DNA from: Paragordius varius
Taxonomy: Eukaryota > Animalia > Nematomorpha
Length of the DNA stretch: 64,000 bases
Assembly: GCA_964247055.1 (NCBI GenBank)
Contig: OZ176053.1
Location: 6,696,001-6,760,000, forward strand
Reading direction: 5' to 3'
Under the pieces are notes generated by a model, which did no database searches, was not told the DNA's origin, and saw nothing but the letters and a program-made list of their open reading frames with translations. Positions 35,258 through 49,602 of this stretch are shown here, piece after piece. Each line of letters starts with the position of its first letter. Positions within the stretch are counted from its first letter, which is position 1. Made by a program: the position numbers and the translations under genes.

Positions 35258-37558
35258 ATGCGGACACCCATATACCGTGCCTATAAGAATTTAAGATGGG
35301 TTAGGCGACGTTTAATTTGGGAACCATGGAAGGGCAAAGTTGTATCAGCTATAAGCAATTTGGGGATTGGAGTAGGCACAGTAGGGCCCATTGATAAGAA
35401 ATATCCCAACATACGCTTTGTTACATGCACAAAAATGATATTAGATGACTTTTTGAAAATGGTATTCTATTTTATTAAGTTTTAGTATTTTGATGAAAAA
35501 GAAGTTTTAAGTGTATATGATCCATCAAGTTTAGCAGAGGAAGGCGATACAGTACTTATTAAAAAATTAGACAAACCCTATTCCAAAGACGTTCATTTCA
35601 CGTTAGCTGATGTTGTATATAAGGTATATTTTATTGTCTTTTGTATAAGTGAATACCTCAGATTACAATAAATTTAGATATTTTATTTATATATGTAACA
35701 CCCAAAGGCCATTTTAGAGATTGAAGTTTAGCACAAAATCATAAATATTGGATAAAAATCTCATCTCAAACTTTTTGTCAATTATCTTTATAAGTTTTTT
35801 GAAAAAAAAACACAAATAGGCAAATAGTATATCATTAGAATTGGGTGATTTATGACGGCATTTTATAACAAATTAACGTGCAATTTTTGAGTTCATAAGA
35901 AATGTTCTGGTTTTTAATCCTGTACACGTCAAAATTCGTAGGCAAAGCTTGTAATGACACAAAAACTGACAGAATACATAATATTTCGCAACGCTTTCCT
36001 AAATATAACTCTAGATACTTTTATATACTACAGCCACGTTAGTACAGCTGAAGGATGAAAAATGCCATAAAATCGCTCAAATAAGGAAAGATATCTGTTA
36101 ATAAATTTAGTAAATCACAAATCAATGATTACAACCATATTAAAATTTACTCTACGACAATACGGCCAGCCCCTGGCGTGCCGCTGACTGAAACTAATAA
36201 ATATACAACCTACCATGAAGACAAAATTAAAACAATCCCCTTTGCTTTAAATCAACCACATATATTTTTTTGACCATACTTTTTGTTTGATATAGATTCA
36301 ATTGATCATATCATCCAAGCATGTGAGGTGGCTAGGTCATAACACACCAACAAAAATATCTTAATGAAATACATATTTTCCGATTGAAAATCAAGGATTT
36401 AATTGTGTTATTTAAGCCATACGAATCCTTTAAAAGAGTTACCACTTTTGTAGTAATTGAAAATCGCAAAATTTGCGCACATTATGATCAATTGAACGCA
36501 AAATGCCCTATTCTAAAAAATATAATTAAAAATACTATTTTGCGGAGCCTGAACTCAATTTGAAATGCAAAGATTTGCGATAAAATATGTTTATATGTGG
36601 TAGATTATGACATGAAAAAATATTTTTGAAAAATTTATCAAAATTATAATAATATGAATTATATGGTATATTAAAGCATGGTAAAATCGCTATAAAACAC
36701 TTCAAGACATTATAATATTATTTATATAATTCGGTGACGAACATTTCTATCATTTGACGTTTTTAAAACATTTGTGCCTCTCCAAATTTAAGTATATTTT
36801 TTGAAACATTTTACATGTAAGACGAAAATCAAAATTTGGAAGTAATTGATATGTATTATCAAATTATACAGAATAAGTTTATTTTATCGATTATTTATTA
36901 CATTCTTTATATGACCTAACTATCGCAATCTTAAATATGCTATTAGTTTTAATTTGTGGGCCTTTCTATCCTATATTTCAGTATATTATCTTTTATATGA
37001 GGCTTTGAACATTTTATAAATTTATTTTTAGGATATATTTTAGCATATATTTAATTGGTTAAATTTGTCTCAACCATGGCCCTTTAAAATATTTCTGCAG
37101 CCCGCGAGAAGTTTTAATTCAAAATTTTACGTAATCTAAATGAAATAGATTTTCTTAAGCAAATTTTTTCGAATTTTGGCAATGACGCGAAAATTGTTAG
37201 AATAAATAGTTGTTTTTACAGCTTTATATTTATTTTAAAATAATGCGTCCCATGAAGCCATTTGTGTTGGACATCCTTGTTCCGGAAATTAAAAAAATAT
37301 TGACGAGTTGATTTTGAATATAAAAAATAATTCAATGATGTTTATTAGATTGGTAATATTGTGGACCCAATAACAGGACGAAGAATATTAGGGACGGAAT
37401 TTAGTGACGATATTGACGATGTTAAGCGTGTCCATGAATTTATGAGGAAAACGCATGAACCTGAAATGTTGAACGAAAACTCATTCAAAGATCCACAAAA
37501 CTATAATTATGTCTGTGATATTTACGAAAGAACTAGGGATAACTTTTCTAAATACTAA
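35258..37558 (+). CDS. MRPS17: Mitochondrial ribosomal protein S17 (uS17m), 183 aa, 3 exons
   Basis: Exons 35258-35461, 35486-35623 and 37349-37558 give LDDFLKMYF…EGDTVLIKKL…HFTLADVVYKIGNIVDPITGR, the uS17m pattern. Start codon less certain. Confidence 0.88.
37061..37279. mobile_element. Degraded hAT-type MITE
   Basis: GCAGCCCGCGA and right end GTTGGACATCCTTG. Confidence 0.55.
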
Positions 37559-37594
37559 TAAATTTGTATCATGTTGTATTTAATACGTGTTACA

Positions 37595-37809
37595 CGGACA
37601 AAACTTATAAATATATAAAGACAAATATTTTTTACAAAAGACAACCATACATTTTTAGAGCCAAATACTACTATTTAATTACTATTGTAAAATATTTAAT
37701 TGATTGTGTCGCCAATATACATTAATGATTTATGTTTAAAAAAATCAACAGTTAAAAAGTATTGTTGTCTTTTGAAAAAAAAATTATCTTTATATCTTTA
37801 CTCTTACCG
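37595..37809. mobile_element. Second copy of the 20615 hairpin MITE family
   Basis: CGGACAAAAC…AAAAGACAACCATAC arm with a diverged inverted partner. Confidence 0.6.
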
Positions 37810-38463
37810 TATAATTTTAATTTTTAATGTAATTATACCATTTGCACCTTAAGAGTGTCCTTGAACAATTCAAGTTGGTCTTTATCTTCAAATTTTGGCC
37901 CTTAAAATTTTATAAGTTTGGACTTAACCATAAATTTTGCATGTATTTATGTATTTTATTAATTTTCAACCTAAATATGTTGATTTATGATATATTTATT
38001 CATTTAAAATTAATATTTTTGATTAAAAAACCAATTTTTTGTTTCCAGCTAAAGTTTTCAATTCAACAATATATATCTGCATATTAAATAATAATTTAGA
38101 AACATTTGCTTAAAAAACATTCAATTTTATGATTTGGACTATAATTAATCATCTGTAAAAAATTCCAATTTGTCATATGGAACAATTTTTGAAAGAAGAA
38201 CCTAAATTGTTTTTCTAAAAATCAAGCATAATTATAAAAATAAATTAATGAGGTATCACCTAAATTTGCAAATAAAATACATAAAGGTAAATTATTTCAA
38301 AAGTTTATCTTTGGACGGATTTATAATATTGATTTATTTACATTCATAAATATCATCATATTTCCTATACACATACACATTACAAAATAAAAATCTGACT
38401 TTGCTAATAAAAGGCAATTTATATATATATATATATATATATATGGATAATATAATTTCCTAA

Positions 38464-41400
38464 TTAAAAAGCATATCGCGTCCTTATATCCTCCAATTTT
38501 TTGGATACTTCATTTGGCGTCCGATCTAATTCTTCAGCTATACTCCTTTGTTTGGCATAATCCAAGGCATTAAATTGTTCACATAAATCTCCATCTACGA
38601 TATTTTTTACAGGGAAATAATAGGAACGGAAAGAAAGATGGTCCCGACCCACTAAACTAATGTTTTCGGCTCGCATATGCATTTCAAGATGCTGGAAAAA
38701 ATCGTAATCTTCGTGCGAAGTAAAGGGGAGAAGTAAACCGATTGTACCTAAATGTACGCGCAATATTATTGCCTTATAAAATCATTTTATTTAAATTGTG
38801 ACAAATCAGATTTTCATGAATAAAACTTTAATATATTTCCAATATAATTTTGTATCGTCAAGTGTAAATAAACATTTTTAAAACATTTATGAATAATCTA
38901 AAAGCCATTAATCTCCTATGAATACATGAATTAAGAAATATCATATCTTTTTGTCCATCATATAATTTAAAATATATAAATAACAATTATAAATAAAAAC
39001 TACGATGAAAAAAAACTCTTACCCGATAACGTTGTATAAAGGAGACATTCAAACCCCCCGGGAACAAGGGTAGCTTTTTGCAGTGAAGTTATCGTTTCTC
39101 CCACGTAAAAATGGGCAATCTCTTGGGCTTTTTGTCCAAACAAACCAATCCTATCCCATATAGATCTATTACCGGCTGGATCTTCGTCCGTTAAATTGTC
39201 ATTTATGTTTTGAGGGAGTCTAACAACCGCAAAATTTCCAAATTTATCAGCCAATGCTACAGTGTTGTAATCGAGTAAAAGGGAGGTGTTATTCCACCAA
39301 GGTATAGTCATGTCAGCAAAAGCAACTAATGTATTTTCACGAGATCTAAAACAATAATATGGTATATGTTTTCTAGGTAAAATTACAGGTATATATTTGA
39401 TATCCTGCATAATGATTAATTGAATTGGTATTTTAATATATTATAACAATATACTAATAATACTAATTTGTAATTTATCGCATTCCAAATAATCTAATTA
39501 TATACAGTGTCTTCCCTCAGTGATGCCACAATATTGGCATTATAATCTTTTTTCAGATTAATTAAAATTGTATTATAGAATTCTAATATAATTTTATAAA
39601 TATAATTAAAAAGAGTCCATTGCATTTGTTTAAGTTTATTTGAATAAAATATAATGATAAGAAAAGGTCAATAATATAATTACGAATTTGTCAAATTACC
39701 TATAACGCAAAAAGTGTATTCCATGTTGAATGTCTGCTACAAAAACACGAGATCCAAGTGTTTCGATTTTAACTACGGTAGTAGGGATGGATTTGTTTTC
39801 ACATTTTCGCAACAATTTTCGTCGACCAAGTTCATAAATACGAATATACCTCCCAACACCCACTAAAATGCGTCCCTAATTTAGGAAATAATAATAGTTT
39901 AATAATGTAAGCCAAATTTTGCGGCCCAAAACAAACCATAATCAAAAAGCAGTATATATGGTATTAACAAAAAATGGAACAAAAAGTTTGCCTCATATTT
40001 CTCAAATTGGCTGAAAAAAAATTTAAAAACTTCATACATATACTCTATTTTTTAAAAAATGTCAAACTATGAGAAAACCTCTAATATAAACCAATTTATA
40101 CCCAAAAATTCTGATACATTTATTTAGATACCATATCATTTATTAAGCGTAAGTTAACCTGAAACGGCGTTATAACTGAAGGAATATCCTCCACCATAGT
40201 TTTGTGCAAGAAATCTAGCTTGGCTTCGCGCCATAAAAATGTGTACAGGAAACCGCCAGTGTTTTCCTTGCTTATGAGATTGAAATCACGCACTACTCCA
40301 ACCACCAAATAGAGTTCGTGAGGGGAACGATTCGAAAACCGAACGCCGCAAAGAGAAACAGCTGATTCGTTTTGTGGAAGGGGAACGACCGTGCCTTCTT
40401 GTTCTGCAACGGAAACTCCAGCCTCCCCACTCACTGAAAGACCAGTAAGTCCGGCAGATCGTGCAGGTAGGACCTAGGCAAAAGGTTAATTTGATAATAT
40501 AAATGTTTTTATTTCATTAGAAACTTTGAACTTAATAAACCACAGTGTCTCTTTAATAAGCTAAAAAGTTGAATGAGTCACATTATGTGAATATTCAATT
40601 TTTTATATAGTCATTCTTAGACACCATATGCTAAAATTTATTGCATAACATCAAATTTACTATGATATAAATTATAATTCAATCTCTTTCACCACGACAT
40701 TTTAAATTTGCCAATATATGTTGGGAAACTTGTTTTAGCTTAAATTAACATTGGATAGATGTATTACCCTAATTTGCGAGGCCCACATAGCGGTACCCGC
40801 TTTAGGAGACCCAAAAAGTGCTTCCGGAAGTTCTTCGTTCAAAAAAGCAGCCGCCATTTCAGCAGCCAACTCTTTTTCGTTTTGAGCGGCTGATCGGACC
40901 ATCTCTTCAGCCATTTGCTGGCGACGGATGCGTTGACTTTCAGCCGTGTAAGCATTGTGCTCCGATTCGATTAAAGCCAGAGTACCGGATTCGTGATTCA
41001 CGACAAAACGTCGAGGGGTATATCTGAGAGCAAAAATAAAAAAAGGAAATTGTAAAATAATAAAGATAAAAAATCAATTGTGTTCAAAAAACCTTTTTAT
41101 ATCAATAAATAAAAAAATAATAAATTGGGAGATATGAGGAACATAAAATATGTTTAATCCCATAACGTTTGGTCGTTATACGTTATATATAAAATATATA
41201 ATTAGTTTTATTTTAAAATGACTTTTATTATTAATTTGCTGATATTTGCATCATATATTGAAATAAAACCTTATATTAAACACCCATTTATTTTGAAAAG
41301 TGGTAAAAATGATTAAGTATTTAGTATCCAAAAATAATACCCATAAAAATTGGATAATTATGTATTTCTTGTTGTTCAAAACTAACTAATGGGTTAAAAT

Positions 41401-43684
41401 CCACTAAACTTTAAAAAGATATAATGACCACCTCACTGATTAATAATAATATACAGTTTACAGTCTCTTTTTTCCTTTTTTATTTAAGGGAGGACTTAAA
41501 TTGTATCCTGACATGTGAAGGCTTTTAACACTCGCTTGCCAAGGGCTGACAGCGATGATGGAAAAATTGCGTAGTTTAGGATTCAAACTCTGGCACGCAG
41601 TGTGAGAGTCCGGCTCCCTACCTAAAACCCTTTATATCAAGATCAAACTTTCTATTCTATAATACAACTATGACCAAAAACCAATTGATAATTAACTCAT
41701 ATATATATATATATATATAGGATACCTTAATGGCAAGGGTGTAATGTTAAAAACAGCGCCCAATTTTTCCAAAGCCAGGATTCGCAAGGTGTTTGTGCTG
41801 ATTGCAACAATGCCCTCGGGACATTGTTCGCTAGCGAAAGAAGCTGCAAACATGAGTTGATTTGAAATGGGAACGGGGGGAGCAGAACCAGTCGTCCCTG
41901 GTGCTACACTTGAATCCTATTGTATGTTGGGGGAAAAATAGTAAAAGGTGGTAATCAATATATTTGTCATACGTTGAGTAAATACCTCAGGTGACAATAA
42001 CCAAAATATTGGCGTTATGACTCATTATTAATGAAAAATTAAAAAAAAATATAAAATATATAATATATATGAGACATAAATTTTAAAATTATTTACGTGA
42101 TTAGATATAATAAATGATTTTGGTTCATTATAATAGTAAAACATCCACTTATTAGTTTTTAATGCGCATAATAAAAGGTCGGAAAGTGATAATAATTTGT
42201 TTTTAAATGCTGTTTATTAAAAGCTTGAGCATACGAACAAAAAATGTGCAGACGCTATATTTCATTAATATTAAAAAAATTTTGTGAACATTTTATAAAC
42301 AATATAATACCTGTATACTCAGTGGTGTGAGATGGAATCGACTTTCATATCCATAACTTAACCATGTGCGACTCGAAATGGCTAAAACGGCATGCGTGCC
42401 TTGCAACCGAACAGGGAAAAGCTTGACAGCTCGGGAACCCAAATAACGTGTTCGAGTATCCGATAAATCACCAGTAATTTCATCCAAAGATGTTCTAAGG
42501 AGTACACCATTCGCCAACCCTAAAATTATTTAATAATATGGTATAAAGATTCTTATTAGACATATTATAGATTAAGCCGTCGTAAAAAAATTTTGACAAA
42601 AAAACTTAAAACATATGAAATTATTAAGAAGGTATCCCAATTTAAAATTCATGCATGTTTTGACAGAGCCCCTCATCAAAGGCCAAAAAGCAAACAAAGC
42701 AATTTACATCCATAAATGATTTCATAATAAGGCTATAAAAGTGTTAAATAATTAGATTGCTAGCTCCTTTCGTCGTCATAATTTATAGGGCAAAACAAAC
42801 ATTTTAGCATAACCAATCCAAATTTTGGAATATCGATTCCCCATATTATAATATAAAGAAAGCCTTACCAATGTTCAAAAAGTATCCAGTGGGTGGGGCC
42901 AAATGCTTAGCGGTTGCTAATCCTTCCGCCTCAATTTCCGTTTTTGCGGATGGACCTTCGGCTCCTTTATCTGGTCCAGAGCTGACGTTTGCATTAGTTT
43001 CAGTTCCACTTGTACCAGTTTCATTTATGCATAACGATTCAGGTATAGCAGGCAAGGCCTGCATACTCAAAGGACTCAGGCAAGTTAATGGATCAAGACT
43101 TATGATACGTACAGTGTTATCGGCCAAACCGACCGCTAAAAATTTACTCCTTTGTTCTCCGGGTCTGACCATACCCAAACTCATGCAAAGGACGGGAGAT
43201 GGTAGTTCCTTACGTTCCGTGTATTCATTCAATTGTCCTGACTAGGAAAAAACAGACAGGACTTAAAATTATGTAAAAGATTGGGGTATAAACAATCGAT
43301 AGTGTTGCATAGTTAGAGTGGGATTGTTTAAATGCAAGCAAGTATTATGATTGATTTCCATGGATCAAAAATTTCAAAAAATAATGATTTGATGCTAATA
43401 TTATGTCGATTGAAAATCATAATGCCTGAAATTTATTACAAAAGGCCATTAAGCAATCAAAATATATTTCAAATTACCGCATCCATTTCAAAGTAGACAA
43501 TCTCATTCCCTGTTAAAGCTATAACGACTTGTCGATTATTAACAGCACACTTGATAATATGTTTGCGTTGCGGAGCTTTCCATTCATTAACACGTTTATC
43601 GACACGTATATGCCGAATACCTTCCGGATAAATCTAGGTATGTGATTAAATAGAAAATAATGCACTAAATTATCCCAAATATAC

Positions 43685-43759
<75 letters not shown>

Positions 43760-46700
43760 GAAAGTAGCTTTATGATCAATGATCTTTTTTTAAAACAGTT
43801 TTTAATAAAAAAAATTATTTAAGTAGTGTTTAGCTTGAGTTTTATAATTTTGTTAAATTCATAGCCTATTATGCTGCACAAGATATTTAAAGGTCAAAAA
43901 CGAGGGAGTTAAGAATATATTCGATAAATATTACTATGGTCTCAAGAACTGATACAATAAAGATTATTGGCATAAAAATCAATCAATATATATTATGGAT
44001 TGGATTATTACTTGAATAAGGGCATCTGTCCCTAACTGTGAGCAAGCCAAAGTTTGTGTTGTTCCAAGGAATCCAGAATCAGTCACTTCTTCAACCGTTT
44101 CCCCAATCGAAAGAACAAGTGTGGCGTTAACGAAAGAAACCACAATGTAGGAATCAAAACCGTCTACACGCAAGAAAATTTACAAAAACTTTGAAAAAAG
44201 GTTCTGTTTAAAACTTGATTATGTGAATTTTTTAATAAACCTTTTACTTTATAGTGGATTTTGCCTTTTTTTCAAAAAAATTACAAACTTTATTTTAAAT
44301 TAATAAATTTTGCATATTGTATTACTCGTGATGTGTAAAAATACCCTTTACTTAAAATCGATCAATATAGAGAAATCAATCGTGCCATATTAATATAACC
44401 CTAATTTGTCAAAGTTATAAATATTATCGTCATTGGATAATAAAATATAAGACAGAACAATATACCATCAAATTTTTTCTTTACTGTCCATACAGCAGTT
44501 GGATTACCAGGGAGTTCGGACACAGCCATTTCCGTTACCTAATTATGTAAAAAGTATAATCAGATGCTAAAAAATCAAAATTTTAATAAATAAACCTCTT
44601 TAGTAAGAGTAATCATTGAAATTATATATATATATATATATGAAAAAGATACTAACTTCTAATCCGTGTCGTAGAATTTTGAGCGTAGATCGAGAACCAC
44701 GTCCACAAGCCGCATAAAGTTGAGGTGTATCTTCATTCAGCAAATCGGTAACCTAGATAAAATGTATTTTTTTAATTTATATAAATATTTTCATATGATG
44801 GTACGCATATTATAAATTTTTTGGAACTAACACTTAATCAAACGAAATAAATATTATGATTATATTCTAGAAACTTTATAGTTAAAATATTATTTGAACA
44901 ACCGTTCATGTAACCAGCATCACATTTAACAGGTGAATGTTAATTTTGTATGAAAAAAAACATAAAATATCAAAAAAAATGAATAAAATTAAAATCAAAA
45001 CTTTACCAATCACACACAATATAGCGGCGATAATTAACTCAATAAATGTGATGCGTAATGATAACAACATACATACTTGACAATGCAATATAGGCCTCAA
45101 ACTATCAAGTTCATCCACCAAAACCAAATTTTTCAGTCCTCGAGGTGCATAAAAGAATGTGTCGCCCTCCTCCAAAGGCATAGCACTACTGAATTCGGGC
45201 TCATCATCATTATCGCCGAGATGTGCGATTTGATACAGATAACTATTGGCGTTGTTAGAAAATAATTATACATAATATAAAATTCGCCGACTTTTTAATT
45301 TGCGACTTTTTTTAAAAAAAGGTGGGTGGAATATAGTTTATTTTATATAAGCATTGCAATTTTATAAAATACAAGATTGCTAACTTTATAAAGATTGCTA
45401 AATTTAAATTTAATTTTATCTACGGAAAACATTCGTTAGATTATATTATGCGAACTTTTTAATTTCTGACTTTTTTAAAAAAAAAGAAAAATTTTTTTCA
45501 AAAAGATTTGATTAAGAGTACAATTTTTAAATAGAAGGAATAAAGTTTATTTTATATAAGCATTATATTAGAATTTAATTATAATTTTGAATTATAATAA
45601 AAATACAAAGATTGCTGACTTTAAATTTGATTTTATCAACAGAAAACATTTATTAAATTATATTGGTTAAAATATACTATTAGATACTAAAGATGGTATA
45701 AAAAACTATTTTCAAAATTTTTCATTTGTTTAAAATAAACCAAATGATACAGAAAAAAAAGTTGAAAAAAATACTGATTTCCGAATTCTGAGGCGACAAA
45801 AAGAAACCCAGTTTTTAGTACGCACATAGATACAGCCGGACATGGAAGAGTGTCCAAATATTTGAGTCTAATTTCAGAAACTATTCCTTCATCTTCGACG
45901 CCAGTAACCCCATCAGATTTTTTCGTAATAGTCGTAACTTTAAAAATGTCTCCTTGTTCATTTTGAACGAGAATGAAAAAAAGGTTCTGCCAAAAATATT
46001 CAAGATATATATTATGGCGTAAAACTCAGCATTTTTTATGATAATTAAAGGCGTAAACAAATTAATTTTGATAAAAACAATATCAATAATACTTACTAAG
46101 AGAAAAGCTCATAAGTTATTTTAAGAGGATCCCTAAAAACATAATTTTAAGTAAAAAAGTCACGTTATTAGATAAAACATTTAAAGTAATTATTTCATAA
46201 AAAATATATTTTCTATAATTTCCATTCCCAGTAAACCGAGGCCATCTCCTATTAAAGGAACGTTTAATAGCGCTTATAAAATAATTGGCTCTAATCATTT
46301 TCCTATTTTTGGATAAGACACTAGTTTTTAAGTTATGATCGTTTGAAGCGTGGGTAAAAACCTCATAATGAGCCAAAAAAGAAATAAAAAATCAAAATTG
46401 AGTCATTCTCTATCATACGTTAAAAATATCTGGTGAATATTATAATTCAAAAGCTCCATACATGATTCCCAAAGATAAAATAAAGTTAACAAACGAACCA
46501 TGTATTATTAATAAATAAAAAATGTATTAATACGACTATATTTTGATCAAAATTAGTGTGATCTTGTAATAACAATTATTATTTTCAGTTAATAGGACTT
46601 TTTAAGTTAAGTATCCACTGTATATAAGTTAAATATAAAACGCAAACTTTCGTTTTATGCATAGCAGAACAGACAAAAAGAGCACCCCTGTCAGGATCAT

Positions 46701-48908
46701 CTAAATCGTTTCGGCGTCTGGGAATGGGAAATCTAACATCCGGTTGATCGCCCAAATTTTTGTAGACGACATAGTTTTCACAACACACTAATAAGCCGCC
46801 TGGTCCTTCATTACCACCAGGCACTAATAAAAAATAAGATAAGTATATACTATGAAAAAAATTTAAAATGTAAAATAGTAAAATGCATATAATTTAATAA
46901 ACCAAATTTTTAAAAGTTAAAAAAACTAGAAAGAACGAAGCAAGTTAGTTGTCTTTTGTGTATATTTACATTAATATAACTCGTATAATAACCCAATTTA
47001 ACATAACCCTCTAATAAAAAAATTTGCATAACACATTTGTTTCATTTGTTAAGTGGATAAAATATTAGATATTTTAATAACAAATCATATAGACAAAATA
47101 TAGAGTCATATTAATCATATTGATAAACAAATGCCAACATTGATCACAAAAGAAAAATGAATATATTATATCTTTGCACAAATATCACTATTTAATACAA
47201 GGCTAAAAGGCTGAGAATAATAAACTTTCAATTTGCTGTAATCTTTCATGTTATTTATTTTCAAAACTTAAGCTATATGAAAAAATTTAGCAATCAATTA
47301 ACATCTTCATGATATATTTATATATAGTATGAAAAATAAATATTTGATTAGTGTATCAAAATTAATGCCTTTCAATATCAAATATATACGGTATTATAAT
47401 TAATAACCAAGAGGCCATAAATATGACTTCTTGATATATCTTAGGTCATTTAAATTAAAAAAATATATTAAAACTCCCTGTCATATACCTTTTTATTTAT
47501 AGTATTTTTTCTCATAAAAAATAGTTTTCCATTTAGGAGAATGAAAACTAATAGATGTATTGCACACTCCTAATATTACAGAATAAAAGATTTGAATAGG
47601 GTACAAGTAATACCTGAAATAAGTAAATTTCCAGGTTCATCCATATTTTCAGCAAATTTTCTCACAACATGATTCAATCCCAAATCCAATTCGTAATATG
47701 TTAATGTTTGTTGGGAAATTTTAACAGCTTTACCTGTTGTATCGTGATCTGCTTCCTTTATGGAAAAAAACAAAAAAATACGTAATGAATTGGCATTTGG
47801 ATATAAAACTTTTTTCAATAATTTCAAAATAAATAAAAATATTCATGGATTTATTTGGATACTGCGGTTTATAACTTAGTCATCACATAATATTTAAATC
47901 AATTAACAAAATATAGTAGTTAAAAATAAATTCTAAACATTTATTAATCATCCAGTTCATAATGTCTTTATTAAGCGGTAAAATCTTTACAAACATGTAA
48001 TAAAAGTTGTTTTTCAAAATTTACTTTATTTCAAAATATATCTTATTTTGCAAATATGGGGAGCACATTTAAAAAATAAAAAATGATAAAAAAAATGCCT
48101 TTATTACAAATAAGCAACGCAAATTATAATTATATTGATAAAAAAAAATTTTTGAAATCATATTTAAATAAAAAAATATATACTTCATAATCTAATTCGA
48201 GACAAGCAAACATGGGATTCTCAAAACCAACGTCAATACCCGTTATGCTATAACAAATATTAAATGATTTATGGGCTTCAAGAGGTGACGAAATGGTTAA
48301 ATTAGCTTGAGCATCTCGATTCAGAATATAAACAAATTTTTGTTTTTCAATGGCACCTAAAATATAGCGATTGTAACACGAATAGTAAATTTTTAACTAT
48401 GACATTAAATATAAAAAACAGCCCTTTTTTATTAAAATAACACATTTAAAGCCTTATCTTATATTACTGTAAAAAACAATTTTCCTTACCAATCATAATC
48501 GCTCGTCCTCTGGGGTCAATTGCCAAATATTGACCAGGAACGATTCTTCGACAACCAGTTTTTCCAAAACACTCGCTATGGACCTTTTCAAATATATTTT
48601 TGCCAGGTTTGTATTCCAATATTACAATACGGCCAGAATCACTTCCAACAACCAAGTAATCTAAGCATTAAAGAATTAATACCTTTAGTGCCGCCTGTTA
48701 ATCGAAAAGGACTAAGAGATCTTATGATACCAAATACCTCAGTACTTATTAAAGTGTGCAATTTTCCAGTATTTAAATCGGGTTTTAGTAATTCCAAAAT
48801 TTGACCCCTACTTACAGCTATTTCCTGTTGCTTACTTCCAGAAAAATTCCCATGAACGGCAACAGTTATGCCAGTAGCTTTTTGCAATGTGAGATTGTAC
48901 AAATGCAT
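38464..48908 (-). CDS. SF3B3: Splicing factor 3B subunit 3 (SAP130), 19 exons, 1295 aa
   Basis: Exons 48908-48683, 48660-48490, 48356-48184, 47755-47614, 46823-46648, 45986-45775, 45242-45077, 44752-44657, 44538-44466, 44163-44012, 43633-43478, 43241-42869, 42519-42311, 41916-41726, 41023-40750, 40473-40159, 39875-39700, 39345-39023, 38747-38464. All GT-AG, phases close (3888 nt); MHLYNLTLQ start, [11 protein letters not shown] end. Confidence 0.97.
41462..41623 (-). mobile_element. tRNA-derived SINE copy in SF3B3 intron 14
   Basis: Reverse-complement homologue of 52043-52222. Confidence 0.75.
43690..43757. repeat. (TA)n microsatellite
   Basis: Pure dinucleotide run next to an SF3B3 acceptor; many shorter runs elsewhere. 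Confidence 0.95.
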
Positions 48909-49020
48909 GGCGTCTCAATTCAAAATTTACCGAATTGTAAATAGTTGTTGTCTGCAAAATAAGAATTTAAAAAGAATTCTTATAATAACTATAAAACCAA
49001 ATAAATTTATATAGTTTTAA

Positions 49021-49602
49021 CACTTCGATTCAAATTGGAGTATCTAAATACCCCAGTTTAAATTTAAATTAAAATTTTTAAAAAACTACTGAAGGAAACG
49101 GTCCCAATTTAAATTTATGCCTCTATCCTGATAAATATTATATAAATATGCCAAAATATCTTGATAAAATTTTGTTTTGAAAAAAAAGTTCCATCTCAAA
49201 CTACTTCGACGCCATTTTTATTTTACAAAAATTTTGCAAAATATCGTCTTCATTTAATTTTTAGGGTAAAACTAAAGCTTAATTTTTATATAAATTATAT
49301 CTAACATTTATAGAAATAGAAAAAGCGGTTTATTTTGTATTATTTTTTAATTTTGCAATTTGACACATGTCACGTTGATTAAATTTTTGCATTTCAGTTT
49401 TAGCTCTAAATAAGTAATATTAAGTATTTTTAAATAGATTTTTTTATATATTTCGGTTTATTAATGTTATATAAGTGCAAAATTTTTCCATGGTTTTGAT
49501 TGCTTCCATACTTTTTAAAGTATTTGATTTTAAACAGGCCTGGGGTATCCAACTACCCCAATTTGAATCGAAGGATTAAAATGAGTGTGTTGTATCCAAG
49601 TG
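49021..49602 (+). mobile_element. piggyBac-like non-autonomous element, copy 2
   Basis: TTAA flanks; colinear with 33491-34066. Confidence 0.88.

Noticed and set aside
32545-36755. GATAGAAATGTTC-containing inverted and dispersed repeats suggesting one large element
   Set aside because: These are fragments of an old dispersed family; termini and TSD could not be defined.
40818-48804. Plus-strand ORFs at 40818, 42871, 45077 and 48520
   Set aside because: Antisense shadows of SF3B3 exons.
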